DNA of 64,000 bases from Eledone cirrhosa (GCA_964016885.1 OZ024743.1:3596001-3660000), one strand, 5' to 3'. Shown: positions 13,404 to 27,514, counted from the first letter of the stretch. A program made the numbers and translations. The notes: generated by a model from the sequence alone, not told the origin.

Positions 13404-14223
13404 TATATATATATATATATATAAAAGAAAATTATATATGCAGGGTAATATTTTGATTGAAAACTACTCAAACGAAAATACATTTTCTTTTTTTTTTTCT
13501 TGATACACCAGACAACGAAATCGTTAATTTACCCGGCCTAACATGTATTTCACTGTAATCAACGGAAATATTGCTGTTTCAACTAATAGATACTATATGA
13601 AATGGCTCACAGTTTCGTCCATTCTCTTCCACTCGCCTCCTTTCTCTCTCCAATTCACACGCTCGCGCACACCCAAACATCATCACTCGCACATTCACAT
13701 CCACACACACAAACAAAAAAAAAACAAAAAAACAAACCCCCCCAAAACACTGACTCTACACATGCTTCGTTATATAAAAATACGGTAAATTTATAGAACA
13801 CCCCATACGATTTCAGTGGTAAAGAGAGAGAGAGAGAGAGAGAGAGAAAGGGAGAGAGAGACCCCCGCTTTTTTTTCTACAAATCTTTGGAAGTCCTAAT
13901 TGTTGATAACACGCGAAAAAACATCATAGGGAAAACTCTGAGAAGGCGTGTGTATCCGAGGGGAGGGTGTATCTTTTTGGAGGGATGGGAGGACTCCCCA
14001 CCCTCTCCGCTCTTCGGGGAAAAAAATTGATTGTCAGCATCTTGGAGGTTAGATTAGTTGATAGTACACGAACAAAAAAAAAAACAACAACCCCCCAAAA
14101 ATGAGGAAAATCTTTTTTTCCCACTGAAGTCGAGTGGAGTAATAGCAAAATTACATATTGACAAGTTCCGCTTTTTCTATGTGGCCTCTTAGCTTGGATA
14201 TAACACTTTGTAATCAGTAAATA

Positions 14224-14358
14224 AATAACTGTTTCTACTATTGGCACAAGGCCAGCAATTACCCAGTACATTACTGGTACTTTATTTTATCGACTCCGTA
14301 AGGATGAAAGGCAAAGTGAACCTCGGCGGGATTTGAACTCAGACCGTAAAGGGACGTA
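14224..14358 (-). mobile_element. tRNA-derived SINE, 5'-truncated
   Basis: Same family. Confidence 0.8.
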
Positions 14359-14839
14359 AACCATAATGACGATCCTCTAGCTAACAGTAAGATATGTATC
14401 GATTAATAAAGAAGTAGAACAGAGTTGTTTCCCTTAAAATTTGTTTAATATGTAGTTATATCCCTTAAATCCTAAATCTTGAAAGCCTGCTAAACAGTTA
14501 AACATTTGAATGCATCTATTTAAACACCATTTCGACATGGACTGCCCATTTCAATTTTTCTCGCGCTTGTATACTCACACACACACACACACACCCACAA
14601 AGCCCCCCCCCCCCCAGATATATATTGTTGTGCTCCAGTATGATCGCATTGAAAAATTACTAAGATTAGTAAAAGAATAAAATGAATATGAATGTACGCA
14701 CACATTTATTTCATTATGATGTTAAAGAGAAGCAGGGCCGTTTGATGTGAAATATTTCTGCCGAAATGTTGTTAAGTAGTGTGCGCTCAATTTTTGTTGA
14801 GGTCGAATGACACAAAGACAAGTCTTGGATGATTTTTAA

Positions 14840-16180
14840 ACAGGCAGCAATCTTGAAGGTGTGACCGGATGAAGGTAGGAAAGCGAAGTACTGATGGTGG
14901 ACCCTATCGAAATCTTTTGATAGATCCAGTTTAATCAGAGCCCCACCGAAGCAAGGTTTAATCCCTACCGTCTCTATGATTTATCGTATGAGGTGGAGGT
15001 TGTCGTGTATGGACCTGGTCAGGTATACGCACGTCAGTGCCTCCCCTACCAATCTCTCGACGACCTCGTTGCTAGCGCCTTGGCCAAAATCTTAAACTCT
15101 GAGTTGAGAAGAATTCTCCCATTTTGCCGCTGTTGCAGTAGCCATCTTTGTGGAGATCGGAGAAGTCTGGTATATCCGGTAAAACTCACAGGCCAGACTG
15201 GGCGATTCGCGCCTCGCACAGTCGACCAGGGCTTCCTGAATCTCAGCTGCTGCTATCAGCTTTTCGCAGCACTCCGCATCAGAAGCCGAGAGTCGTGGCA
15301 GACCGTCCAGGCAAGAACTGAAGTCTGCTACAGTTCCACAAAATGTTGGCGAAAAGCCGCACACACCTGCCTGGAATCAACCAGCACGAGTTTGTCTCAG
15401 TTCAATTGTGGTTTTGTTTCCACGCTGCGTCTTTGTCATTCGAGTCCATCAAACAGCTTTCGTGCCTTCATTTCTTAGAGCACACGACTTAGCTCTGATA
15501 TTGCAACCTTTGTGTTTCGCATTCAAGAAATTGCTTAGTACAATTTTAGTTACTTACCCCCTTCTTTTATTTTGTTTTTTTTACCACTACTTCTTTACTA
15601 AAAATTATTGATTCTACTTTTATCTCTCCAGAGAGAGCACCCACCACCAGTTGTTGACGACATCCCCAGTCAACTTTCACTTAACTAAAGTGCTAACTTA
15701 TGCGACGGGAATGACGCGTTAAACTCTCAGTAATCAGGTCCCTACCTACATGTTCTATCTAGACCTTGCAGATCACGAATTTGTGATCACCCTATGCTAT
15801 CCCTATCTGCTGACCTAATGAAAAGTCTATCTATATACGATCTAGATGACCCAATGCGGTTAGTCAATGGCAACACTTGCGCAGTCGAGAAATTTAGTCG
15901 ATACTTATCAAGCAGTTGGAACTGCCTGATTAGATTCTTCAGCGTTTTTCACCCCCTTTCTATCTGCTATTTCCACACAATCCCAGCGTGCGTCGAACAT
16001 GCTGTTCCAACCCTCCGCTAATAGTGTCCTCTCTCAGTTATTCTCCTACAAATTACAGGCACATACTCAGAGCTAAAGCATTCACTCGGACCATGCTCGC
16101 CACTCCCACCCACCTTTCAACAAACTGGTTGGGAAGTAGCACTTCCCGCTCCACTCTGATTCCTTTCTTCAGGTGAAACC
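14840..16180 (-). mobile_element. Degraded Tx1/L1-type LINE (EN-RT fragment)
   Basis: Homologous to 39802-43253: GALIKLDLSKDFDRVHHQY, CLDGLPRLSASDAECCEK, DKYRLNFSTA..SRSYIDR; many stops and frameshifts. Confidence 0.85.
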
Positions 16181-16347
16181 AGGGCAAACACAAGGACTAC
16201 TGTGTAATAGGATACAGAAAGGTTGGTAGGGAAACTTGTAGCAATTAACCAAATTATTTATGGGCTATGGTCTTGCTAATAGATAAAACACTGATAGGTT
16301 TTAAACTTGGTCAGTTTTCATATATACCATGAAGGCTTCATGTTTTA

Positions 16348-16511
16348 TAATTGTTTCTACTTTTGGCACAAGGCCAGTAATTACCCAGTACATTACTGGT
16401 ACTTTATTTTATCGACCCCGTAAGGATGAAAGGCAAAGTTGACCTCGGCGGGATTTGAACTCAGAATGGAAAGGGCCGTAATTCTATGCGTCAAAGCATG
16501 ACGCCCGACCC
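16348..16511 (-). mobile_element. tRNA-derived SINE
   Basis: Same family. Confidence 0.85.
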
Positions 16512-17540
16512 TCTACCGATACTGCCAATCCAAATATTTTATTGTATATATTTATCTATTATTTGTATTTTTTATATTTTTCATTTCAATTTTCTTTTAA
16601 AGGAAATCCTTATTATAATAGATTATAAAGAAGTCATTATGTTAAAACAGTGTTATTTTATAAAATAAATTATTAATATCTTTTAGTCACTTTGTTCTAT
16701 TAACAATTTGTTGTTGAAATCGTTTTTATCTCTAATTATTAATAAACTTGTCAAGTGCGTAGTTGACCCAATTTTGTTAACAAAAATATTTGAAATAAAC
16801 GGATCATTATATTTTAGTAACAAAATTATAAAAAGACCTAAATTATAAAAAGACCTAAAAAAACAAACAAACTAAAACCTACTAGTGTAAAGGAAAACAA
16901 CACTGAAAACATATATAAGCTTTATTGAATATGTTATAGTGATTATACAACTGCATTGTGTGTGTAAAGTATTCAGTTATTCGATCAACTAATCTGTCTC
17001 TTTATTGAATTAGTGTATGGATGGCTGAGTATTCCGCAGACAATAAGTGACAAGGGCGAACGTTTGAATTACAAGTGCAATCCATCCGACGAGTTCAACA
17101 CAGTTTCCGTCTCATTTCAACACAAAGCCAAGGCTATATATGATAAAAGGTTTCCCTTTTCAGAAGAACGTATAGCCAGCGTCCCTCTCTGATAGATGAC
17201 CTTCCCCACTAAGACAGCTTTCAGAAAGTGCAGCTATATCAATATTATACCCAGTCAATTCTCTGCCAACAATAACAGTTCTGCGTTCTGCGTTTGTGGA
17301 TGATTTCCTGTCAAGAAGTGTTTTAATATTCTTCTGAAAATTACTATTCTTCTTGTTTTCCCTGTCGATATAAACAGTCGTCAGCTACAGGTAGCGGACA
17401 AGCTTCATAGTGGAACAGACAATGTTTGGCTCACCTTCTATAGACCTTTTCCAATATTTCGGTGAGCAGTGTTCTCCCTTGAAAGGGCTGCTCAGTCTCA
17501 AAAGACGCCTCCCAAGCATGTCCTATTCCGAAAACTGGCA

Positions 17541-17656
<116 letters not shown>

Positions 17657-18240
17657 TGGTAGCTGCATCAGCTGTAGGTTTTCCCAGATAAATAATAAAT
17701 AGGTTAAATAGATAAATAAGATAAAATCGAAATAAAGAATTGTTTAAAAGTTAAAAAAATACACAGACCCGCACACAAAACAATCCCGCCCACACCCACA
17801 TATGCATATTTACACACTCACACAATATATACACACTATTGGATGGCTGCTGACTCTCATGAGTTCCTCCTCCCTTTTGGCAAGTTTTGTTTTTCATCCC
17901 GCAGGGTATTCAATCACCCTCCTCACCAAGTAAGCTCGGTTGGGTTTGGTGGTTTAGTCGCCGACGACCCGACCATGTGACAGGTTGTACTGGGTTACAT
18001 GTTACCAGTAACACCCAAGAGCGACTATACATACCTACATACATACATACATACACACGCACACTCATATATATATATTAGAATTGGCGCTCTGAAATAG
18101 CGATATATATATGAATGTATATATAGTGTATTTTGCAATACACTGTATGCTTATTAAAAGCATTTCGAAGACCTTACGCTATTGTTTTAGAGTAGTGACA
18201 GTCTCACTTACTTTTAATTTTCAGCAAACAGGAGAGATAA

Positions 18241-18285
18241 AGCTGACAGAGCTGTGTTTCGTACTGATTGGTACTTATCAAAGCC
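18241..18285 (-). ncRNA. Hammerhead, U3:A8 core
   Basis: GGCT-TTGATAA-GTAC CAATCA GTAC-GAAACACAGCTCTGTC-AGCT. Confidence 0.75.
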
Positions 18286-18533
18286 AAGCACTCCACCTGT
18301 TTGCCGAAAATCATGAATGTTTGATTCTTATAAAATTTCTAGTAATAATCAGGAACTGATTATACAGAGCGATTGCCGGTCAAGCAGAAATTGAAAATTG
18401 GAATTGGCGCTCTGAAGTAACGATATCGCTATTTCAGAGCGCCAATTCTAATTTCTAGTAATAATTCTGATTATTACTAGAAATTCTATAAGAATCAAAC
18501 ATTCATGATTTTCGGCAAACAGGTGGAGTGCTT

Positions 18534-18578
18534 GGCTTTGATAAGTACCAATCAGTACGAAACACAGCTCTGTCAGCT
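18534..18578 (+). ncRNA. Hammerhead, U3:A8 core (inverted copy)
   Basis: Same motif on the + strand. Confidence 0.75.
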
Positions 18579-19079
18579 TTATCTCCCCTGTTTGCTGAAA
18601 ATTAAAAGTAAGTGAGACTGTCACTACTCTAAAACAATAGCGTAAGGTCTTCGAAATGCTTTTAATTAAGCATACAGTGTATATATATATATATAGTGTT
18701 TTTATGTGTATGTTTGTGTTTTAATGTACAGGCTAATGTCTGTTATATTGTATTTTCCTCATGAAATACTCTGCTCAACAATCCACTGCAATAGATTTTT
18801 GCCTATTTATCTACAGGTGTATGGAAAAGACAACTAATCTTGATATAATCTTATCAAATAATATAAGCAGCATTTGCTAGATATTTAAATAATCAATGCG
18901 TTTGTTTCTGAGAAATGAAGAATCTGGTTTTCTGACAAACAATTCGATGTTTTGATACATATGTTTAAATCTCCAGCCGACGTGTTCCTCTAACAAAAAC
19001 AAGTCCAATGACGTTATATTTGATTTACTTAGAGTGATTTAATTGATCTGTATTTAGTTAATATTACATATTTAATTGT

Positions 19080-19222
19080 TGAGTTCAAATCCCATCGAGG
19101 TTAGCTTTGCCTTTCGTCCTTACGAAGTTGATAAAATAAAGCACCAGTAATGCACTGGGTCGATTTAATCGACTTTCCCCTCCCCCTAAATTGTTGGCCC
19201 TGTGCCTAAATCAGAAACCATT
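19080..19222 (+). mobile_element. tRNA-derived SINE, 5'-truncated
   Basis: Same family; flanking direct repeat ATATTTAATTGT. Confidence 0.8.
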
Positions 19223-19771
19223 ATATATTTAATTGTGTTCTAAGCACCCAAAGAATGTGATAACATTCTATTTGTATATATACAGTATAGAAGAATCGGA
19301 GACTGCGAAAATGTGTATATAAATACCATGAATCAGTTTTCGAACTTAGTTCCACTTTTCATCAATAGGTTTGTATATCATCTAAATAACAACAAGGTGA
19401 TACGTAACCAAGTGGCTTATAGATTCCATACTGAAATGGACAATTTTCATAGTATTAGCGCTCATGCTAGTAGTTAATTAATATATATAAGTTGTGCGTT
19501 AAGCAGCCGAAGTATATGATAAAGTTATATCTGTATATATACAGAATAGAGGTAAGTGAGACAGCATCAATTTGTATAATCGATATACTTATTTAGGCAG
19601 TTTCGGTTAATTCTGTATTTATCTAAACATAAACTTTATCATTAGTTAGTGTTGATTACTTGTTCCTGATTTTTTGTATGTACTATGCTGAATTCTGACA
19701 TAGTCAATTGAATCGACAACCTACTATCTACTATATATTATTATTGATTAATCAATAATAATATATAGTAG

Positions 19772-19965
19772 TGGGCGGTTGATTGGCAGTATCGGTAGAG
19801 GGTCGGACACCATGCTTTGCAGCAAAGAGTTACGGCCCTTTATGGTCTGAGTTCAAATCCCGCCGAGGTTAACTTTGCCTTTCATCCTTACGGGGTCGAT
19901 AAAATAAAGTACCAGTAATGCACTGGGATAATTGCTGGCCTTGTGCCAATGGTAGAAACAATTAT
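19772..19965 (+). mobile_element. tRNA-derived SINE, full length
   Basis: GGGCGGTTGATTGGCAGTATCGG...GTAGAAACAATTATT. Confidence 0.88.
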
Positions 19966-20159
19966 TACTGATTAGTCAGGAAGAATGGTAGGGCTCTTGA
20001 TCCGTTTTCGAGCGTCCAAATGTGGTTGAATGGAAAGAAGGAGGATGGAAAGTGTCCTTATATCAGAAATCTAGCCCAAAAGATAACAACAAAATATCTC
20101 CACTAATGGTACCTAAGGTAGGCCACGGTGGAATTTGAACTCCGAACTCAAAAAGCAGT

Positions 20160-21640
20160 GTAAATTTAAAATGGTCGTGTAGATTAATTATGCCTTTCGT
20201 CCATTCTCTGTTTGCACACTGCGACATGATAGGAGATGAGCTCTTTCTTATGCTTTTGCTTGACTTCTCTTGAGGTGTTTTGTTAGTGTTATTATTTTTC
20301 CTTTTATGGCCTTTTCTGGTGTCTTCAACAGAGTACTACCCTCTTCTTCATTGTCTGATGGTGGTCTGGGAGCATCACTTCCGAGGCCAGCTGTTGTTGA
20401 AGTGATGGTCATTTTCTTTCAGCTTCTTCAGCTCTTGTATCCAGAAAACTCTTAAATGAAATTTAATGCTATATGCATAGCAGCTGCGTGTTTTGCCTCG
20501 CACGACTAATCGTAAAGCCTTTCTCTTCGCATCCGCTATGTAGCACAGCTCCGGTATAATCTTGTAGTCATGGTGTCTAATCAGATCATGTATATCCTTA
20601 GAGACTCTTCCTGACCACATATCACCAAAAGTCATGCCTACGCTGGCCAACTAACACTATTGTGTCACGAAAGTTACAATGCGCCAGCAAGAGACTCGGT
20701 GTCATATTCAGTGACCTTTGTATTTTCCAAAAATTCTGTAACGCATTAGGTTAGGTTGTCTCCTAACCCATCTTCAGTTTTTGAAATGATGCATATAGTT
20801 TCATATGATCTTCGCCGCTTGATATAAGAGATCTTATCAGCTAGAGCTATCTCCAACCATTCTTTGGAGGGCGAAAGGAAATGCTCTATTGTTTTGGCAA
20901 AGCACAAATGAGTAACATTCCTTAATTCTCGACGTCTTTAGTGTCTACACTAGTGGATTTAGAATCAACGCACACAGATGAGATGATAGGCGTCAGACCT
21001 GATGGACGAATCACATGATACAGAAGGGTTTCTTTAAGTGGCCATATATTATAACCATCGAGCAGATATCGCTATACATTGCAGCGATCTGTACCCTGAA
21101 GATGGGACCAAATGCGGTAGCCTTGAGAACAGACGCCAAGTATTGATGAGTGATCTTTCCGAAAGCTTTCGAGTCAGTTAAGATGAAGGCCTTACTCGCG
21201 TCAGGCATTTTATCCGCCCTCTTTATGATGTGCCGCATGAGGTGAAAGTTATCGTGGACGGATCTATTGGGAGTGTCTACGCTCCCCCAATCAGGTCATT
21301 GACAACATGCACCAAGGTGTTTACTAACGCCTAAGCAGAGTTATAGACCAAATATTTTCAATGTGGTACCGCTTGTTCGACTCCTTTCTTTCGTTCTTCT
21401 GCTCAAAGATCTGGATATTCTACTGTTTTAATGCAAGTTGTAGTAGACATCTGTGAAGAGGTTGCCAAACAAATCTAGTATTTAAGCTTAAAGCTCATAG
21501 GGCAGATCATCCAAACTAGATATGCCCCTCGTGCAGCGAGCCACATCTGGTGTTGCCTCTTTTAGAGCTTTCTCTACCGGAACAACTGAATAAGTTCAGC
21601 TCGCCGGCCCCGCAGCAACACAGTTCTGTAGAGGGTGTTT
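20160..21640 (-). mobile_element. Rearranged, degraded Tx1/L1-type LINE fragments
   Basis: MRHIIKR..AFILTDSKAFGKITHQYLASVLKATAFGPIFRVQIAAMYSDI is homologous to the RT at 41.4-41.6 kb; ORF1-like piece at 20375-20650. Confidence 0.7.
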
Positions 21641-22249
21641 GTTTTTGCCCTTTCTTCAACTATTTCAGGTCGCACCATCACTGCCAATTTGGGATCCAGA
21701 CAGATCAGTTGGAGACAGTTGCGTCTGACAGGACCCGCGGGATTGAGTGTTTGAGGACTCTTCCCCCACGACCCTCTCAAGAAGAAGAAGAAGAAGAAGA
21801 AGAAGAAGAAGAAGAAGAAGAAGAAGAAGATGTTGATGATGTCGAAGCTCTTGAGAGAGGAAACTTCGATATCCGCCCTATTTTTTCTTTTTTTTAGTTG
21901 GGGTGGAGCAATCCACAAAACAAATGTTTAGCCCTTCAGAGACTAAAGATAAGGGAAAAACTACCAATTCTTTCGGAAGTTGATCACCTTAGACACAGAA
22001 ATATTCAAAATTAAAGCAAAATGGGTTTTTATAACATGCGAAAAACAATAAACTTACAGGAGCCGACACGAAAACGTCCAATGTAAAGAAGAGCAATAAT
22101 GATCACTGTTTCTAATTTGCTATAAGATCATTCTGGATTTTATAACGTCCTTTATCTAGTAGCTCATATCCACTAGCAATGTGATACAGATTCGTCTGCT
22201 TTATGGCATACTCTGCAAAGTGGGGAGCAATTTTGTACATAGGTGTTAA

Positions 22250-22470
22250 TAATAATTGTTTCTATTTCAGGCACAAGGCCAGCAATTTGAAGGGGGAGTT
22301 GGGAAAGTCGATTAAATCGACCCCAGTGCGTTACTGGTACTTTACTTTATCGACCCCGTAACGGCGAAAGGCGAAAGCTAACCTCGGCGGGATTTGAACT
22401 CAGAACGTAAAAGGCCATAACTTTATGCTGCAAAGCATCGTGCATAACGATCAACCGATAGTGCCAATCC
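22250..22470 (-). mobile_element. tRNA-derived SINE
   Basis: Same family. Confidence 0.82.
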
Positions 22471-22700
22471 AAGAGAAAGAATCAAAGGCAAAGCTGGAAC
22501 GGTATCAAAACTTGAAAAAAAGAGATCTATAAAATGTGGGTGTGATATAGTTTGAAGTCATACCAGTTGCAATGGGTGGTTTGGGTACGGTAACAAAGAA
22601 ATTTGTAATTGAGTTATATGCAGAACTTCAAGGAACCTTTCAAAACATAAGCAAAGAAAGAAATTCCGAGAGATCCTTAGTAATTTATTATGACTTGAGG
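22471..22700 (+). mobile_element. R4/Dong-like non-LTR element C-terminal relic
   Basis: KLERYQNLKK..(K)MW..VIPVAMGGLGTVTKKF resembles the K..KY..L..E....W....VIP..IGALG tail of RLE elements. Confidence 0.55.
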
Positions 22701-23729
22701 ATAATAATTGACACAAGACAAGACCTTTGAAACGAAATAATGATACTAATAATAGTGGAAAGAGAAACAATTGATGCTATGAAAACTCAGCACAGGATTG
22801 ATATATATTTTATTCTTCTTGGAGAGCAAAGTGAAGTTCATCAACACGCTACAGATGTATGTATATCTGAACTTGCAACTATTAGTGGAATCTTAGGGGA
22901 GTTACAGTAGGCATTAACAACTTGGTGGAGATCATCTCTCTCGTCGTAGGGTTGCCATAGTGGGAATTTTAATCCTTAATTTCAATCCCTCTTTTCGTAG
23001 GGACGCCATAGTAGGCATTTTGAACATGGTGTAGCCAATCCTTCTTCAAGTCTGAACACATCCGATTTCTTTCAGAGAAGAAGAGAGAGTGATAGAGAGG
23101 AAATGAGAAAAATATATAGAAGATTCAACCGCAGCACATTTTTATCAACCTCGAAAGGATAAAAGGACGCTAGAGATACTAATTCATATACATGCCTTTC
23201 TTTAAATTCATCTTCTATCGATATTAAAACGGTCTGTGTTCCCCCTAACTCGCTGTGGGCATGCACTTCCAACACAAACCCAACTAACACATCCTCACAT
23301 CAACCATTCGTTTTCTTTTGTAATTCGTAATTTGGCCACTTTCTCTGATTCTCCGAATAAACATTTTACCCTATCATTCCCTTATAGTTTCACCAGGATA
23401 CCCCTACTGCCCACTTCCTGACATTAACCTACAGACATTCAAACTGAATATCTCAAGATCTCCCCTCCTCCCTTTATCTACCTATAACCTCTCCAACACA
23501 TATGTAAACGCACACACATGCATATATACATACATACATGTATACATACATACATTCTGACGCACACACATGTATATACATTTATTTGTATATATATATA
23601 TATATATATATATATACGTACACACACACACATATATATATATACACGCTCACACACACATATATATATATATATAAACACGTATACCCACACACACACA
23701 CACATACACATATATATATACACGCACAC

Positions 23730-23786
<57 letters not shown>

Positions 23787-23847
23787 CATAAATATATACA
23801 TATATATGTGTATATATATATATGTATATATATATATATGTATGTGT

Positions 23848-23885
<38 letters not shown>

Positions 23886-24349
23886 ATGTGTGTGTGCGTG
23901 CGTGTATGTATGTGTGCGTGTATGTGTTTTCTTGTTGCACGTGTGTGTAATAGAACGCTTTTACCAAACGTCTATGAAGGAAATATCAAACTCTAATCGC
24001 ATAATAAAAGTATAAGATGTATGATTAGAACATAATCCACCATGTATTTACTGAATACACATCTTACTGTTTTTAACCAGCTGAATAGTTGAATAAATAC
24101 AATATATATATTCTTTGAAAATTAAAGCTTATAGAGATTAAATTAACCAGCAAGCAATTGGTTGTGGTAATAATCAATCAATGAAAGGGTATTAGGTTAT
24201 TTTTTTTTTCTTAGATATTAATATTGTTCTTAATGCAGTTTTTGCTGGTGATGTTTAATTTTCGTATTATATTTTGTACCACGTGAGTAATCTATGTAAA
24301 TTTCCCAATTAGTAATCTCAAATTAAATCAGGTATATATATATGAACGA

Positions 24350-24445
<96 letters not shown>

Positions 24446-24450
24446 GTATG

Positions 24451-24541
<91 letters not shown>

Positions 24542-24550
24542 CTCTCTATA

Positions 24551-24558
24551 TATATAAA
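24551..24558 (+). promoter_or_regulatory. Candidate TATA box of the VWA-EGF gene
   Basis: TATATAAA about 70 nt upstream of the ATG, but it lies at the end of a microsatellite block. Confidence 0.3.
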
Positions 24559-24627
24559 CATTCGTTACACCGTTTGTAGTAGATGTAGATTGTTCGTGAT
24601 TAGCTGTACTTCATTGTCAGTCGAATC

Positions 24628-24658
24628 ATGAAAACATTACATTTTCTAACTTTACTTG
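24628..24658 (+). CDS. VWA-EGF secreted protein, first coding exon (signal peptide [10 protein letters not shown]-)
   Basis: ATCATGA start context, hydrophobic codons and G|GTAAGT phase-1 donor; joins the next exon in frame. Confidence 0.82.
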
Positions 24659-25084
24659 GTAAGTTTAATATAAGTTCTTTCTAACAAATCCAACAAAAAT
24701 CCAACATTAAGAGCCAGACGAATTAATCTTCCACCCTTTTTACCTTCATCACATTATACAACACTTTCCACCATTCTACCTCTACCCTTATTTTGACTTT
24801 TAGCTTGCACAACTCTCATTGTTCCAGCAGAATCCATTTTCAAAAAATTGTTTCTTGTTATATGTACTATTTTTCTGGTATTTTGACAGTGGCGTATTCC
24901 AAAATCCAGGACTTTCTCGCTCTTGTCGGAAGACCCTCTCCCTGGTTGACATCCAGCGCTTCCTATCTCTGGCATATTGGGCTATGTGGGGCCGAGGTAT
25001 CGGATCTGATAATCGCGCTATCTGGCCTTTGGTCGCCCTTTCGTTCTTCTTCCCTGCCGTGATGTCTACTCTATCACTCTAATA

Positions 25085-25269
25085 CAAGGTTTCCCAAACT
25101 TTTTCAAACACGAAACCCTTTGTGGTTCACAAACATTTGGAGGAATTCCCAAGTCTAATACTCTTAGATGGTCGTAATATGGAATATACACCTCTACCCT
25201 TTTTCATGGAACCCTAGACACTCCTTTGTGGAACCATTACGTTCCGTGTAACCCACTTTGGGAACCAGC
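25085..25269. mobile_element. hAT/Charlie-like MITE (degraded)
   Basis: Termini CAAGGTTTCCCAAA...TTTGGGAACCAG are imperfect inverted repeats. Confidence 0.5.
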
Positions 25270-25633
25270 TTTTGTCTCTGAAACGAGAGACGTCGCCATC
25301 CATTTATTTATTAGTCGTTTATTAATTAGACACTCCATTTTTAAAACGATTTATTATTTTTCTTTAAAAGTTAACATTATGTTTTGAAAAAAATATTTTA
25401 CATGATGGTGACGGAATGAATGCAATTTAAAAATTTAAAATAGCTTTGCTGAATCAGAGAATTTCTGAAGATATAATAACAACAGATCTAACGACCTGGT
25501 GAATTACATAATTCAAGATAGACACCTCATAATATGAGTTATTTTATTAATTAGAATAAAAAAAGTTCCTATTCGTTTTGTTTTAATTTCTACTGTTTAA
25601 TTAAATCCTCTTTTCTTTCATATCCAATTTCAG

Positions 25634-25672
25634 TGATTGCTGTGGCACTCACACAGCCATGTGAAACCAAAA
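25634..25672 (+). CDS. VWA-EGF protein, 39-nt exon (VIAVALTQPCETK)
   Basis: Pyrimidine tract + TTTCAG acceptor, GTAAGT donor, phase 1-1; completes signal peptide [24 protein letters not shown]. Confidence 0.82.
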
Positions 25673-26522
25673 GTAAGTTTTCGGATTTATATAAAATATA
25701 CTCATTAACTTAACATAAAACATTCTATGAATAATTACCAAAATAATTAATATAGCCGATCTGTAAGAATAATATACACCTATTAAATAGATAATGTACA
25801 TGACCACATGTTTATCCCTTTTCTGCACATAAGCCGCATGTGTAGAGCTGAAACAATTTCAATATTCAAATTCACTAATGCATGTATTTGGCCAACGGAC
25901 AGCTGGATTAGAATGGATGTGACGTAGAATTGGGTAATTGTGAGGACGTCGATTAAAAATAATTTGTGGTATTTGTTCCGGCTCTCTGCGCTAAGTCCCA
26001 TTGCTGCTAAACTTAACTTTGCAACTCATCATGTAGGAGTGGTGTGTTGGGAGTTGGGGCGATAATGTGCCATAGGGCAATGAACTGATGTGATTATTGC
26101 GGTGTCTGTTTTGGCCTTTTGCAGGCTATGGTTGCCGACAGCGTCACTGGACCCAAATTGTACAGTTCTATGCCTTTCCTTTGGACAAAATTGCTGGCGT
26201 GCAGAGGGGAGACAAGCATGCATGTGCGAATGCTATCTACTGAAACAAATTTTGCATGGGCTTACAGCTTTGAAAACTTATGGTCACTCATGACCGATGG
26301 GAAATAAAAAAAATCCCTGGATGTATACGAGTTTGGATTTAGAACTTGGAGGTCCCAGGACAATTCAGGTTTGATACCCCCCCCCCACACACATACACGA
26401 AAATTAGAATGCACAGCAAACCTCCCAAATTTTACATATCAAAGTTAACTTGGCGCAAGTAATTGGAATTGAAAAGTTATCCATATAGGTATTAAATAAA
26501 ATAAAAAATCTAACCATACTAA

Positions 26523-26570
<48 letters not shown>

Positions 26571-26580
26571 GAATGTATGT

Positions 26581-26962
26581 ATATATGAATGTATGTATAG
26601 TATATTTGGCAATATACCGTGTGTTTAATTAAAAACATTTAGAAGACCATCCGCTATCAATTTTAAAGTAGTGACTATGTCACTTACTTCTTTTTGGCGA
26701 AAGAAGGGAGAGAAGCTGACAGTCTGTTTCACGCTGGCTGGCGTTCATCAGAGCCACGCTCTCTCCTGCTTCCGAAGCAGGGGAGTGCGTAGAACAGACT
26801 GTCAGCTTCTCTCCCTTCTTCCGCCAAAAAAGAAGTAAGTGACATAGTCACTACTTTAAAATTGATAGCAGATGGTCTTCTAAATGTTTTAATAAAACAC
26901 GGTATATTGCCAAATATACTATACATACATTCATATATTCATCGCTATTTCAGAGCACCAAT
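26581..26962. mobile_element. Fold-back hammerhead element (family B, copy 2)
   Basis: Inverted arms 26581-26728 / 26793-26938; homologous to the 18.1-kb element. Confidence 0.8.
26714..26755 (-). ncRNA. Hammerhead, canonical core
   Basis: GGCT-CTGATGA-ACGC CAGCCA GCGT-GAAACAGACTGTC-AGCT. Confidence 0.8.
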
Positions 26963-27047
26963 ATATATATATATATATCGTTTCTGAATTTGTTTAGCAA
27001 GATTCTTTATCTGAAAACGTGTGTTTCTTATTCGCAACATGACCCTC

Positions 27048-27114
<67 letters not shown>

Positions 27115-27477
27115 ACAGGGAGAAATAGACGATTATTAGGAAGAAAAATATTTTTTTTTTCCTTTTTTGTTTCTCTCTCTCTTTTTTCTGGGTTAGAACA
27201 TGATTAAAACGAAATGTTTTACTTTGTGTGAAGTGTTAAGGTATTAGTTGATTTATTTATTATTTAACAATGGCATTTATTTATCTATTTATATATTTAA
27301 TAATTGTCTATCTATGTTGTGCTCTTGACAACCTGAGCAGGTCAAAACATAGATTAGGTTTTCAGATGCACATGTAAAGTTGTGTTTAACTGTGAAATGC
27401 TGTCCTTCTTTAAAATGGAATGTTGAACCTTCTATTATATTTATGCATATGCCACAGTTGGGCCTTCCGCATTTTGT

Positions 27478-27514
<37 letters not shown>

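Larger units (their letters stand above)
18081..18682. mobile_element. Fold-back hammerhead element (family B, copy 1)
   Basis: Inverted arms 18138-18352 / 18467-18682, each with a hammerhead. Terminal motif GAATTGGCGCTCTGAAATAGCGAT is shared with the 26.6-kb element; flanked by TA. Confidence 0.8.

Noticed and set aside
19772-19870. tRNA genes suggested by A/B boxes
   Set aside because: Heads of a repeated SINE with shared body and tail; no cloverleaf.
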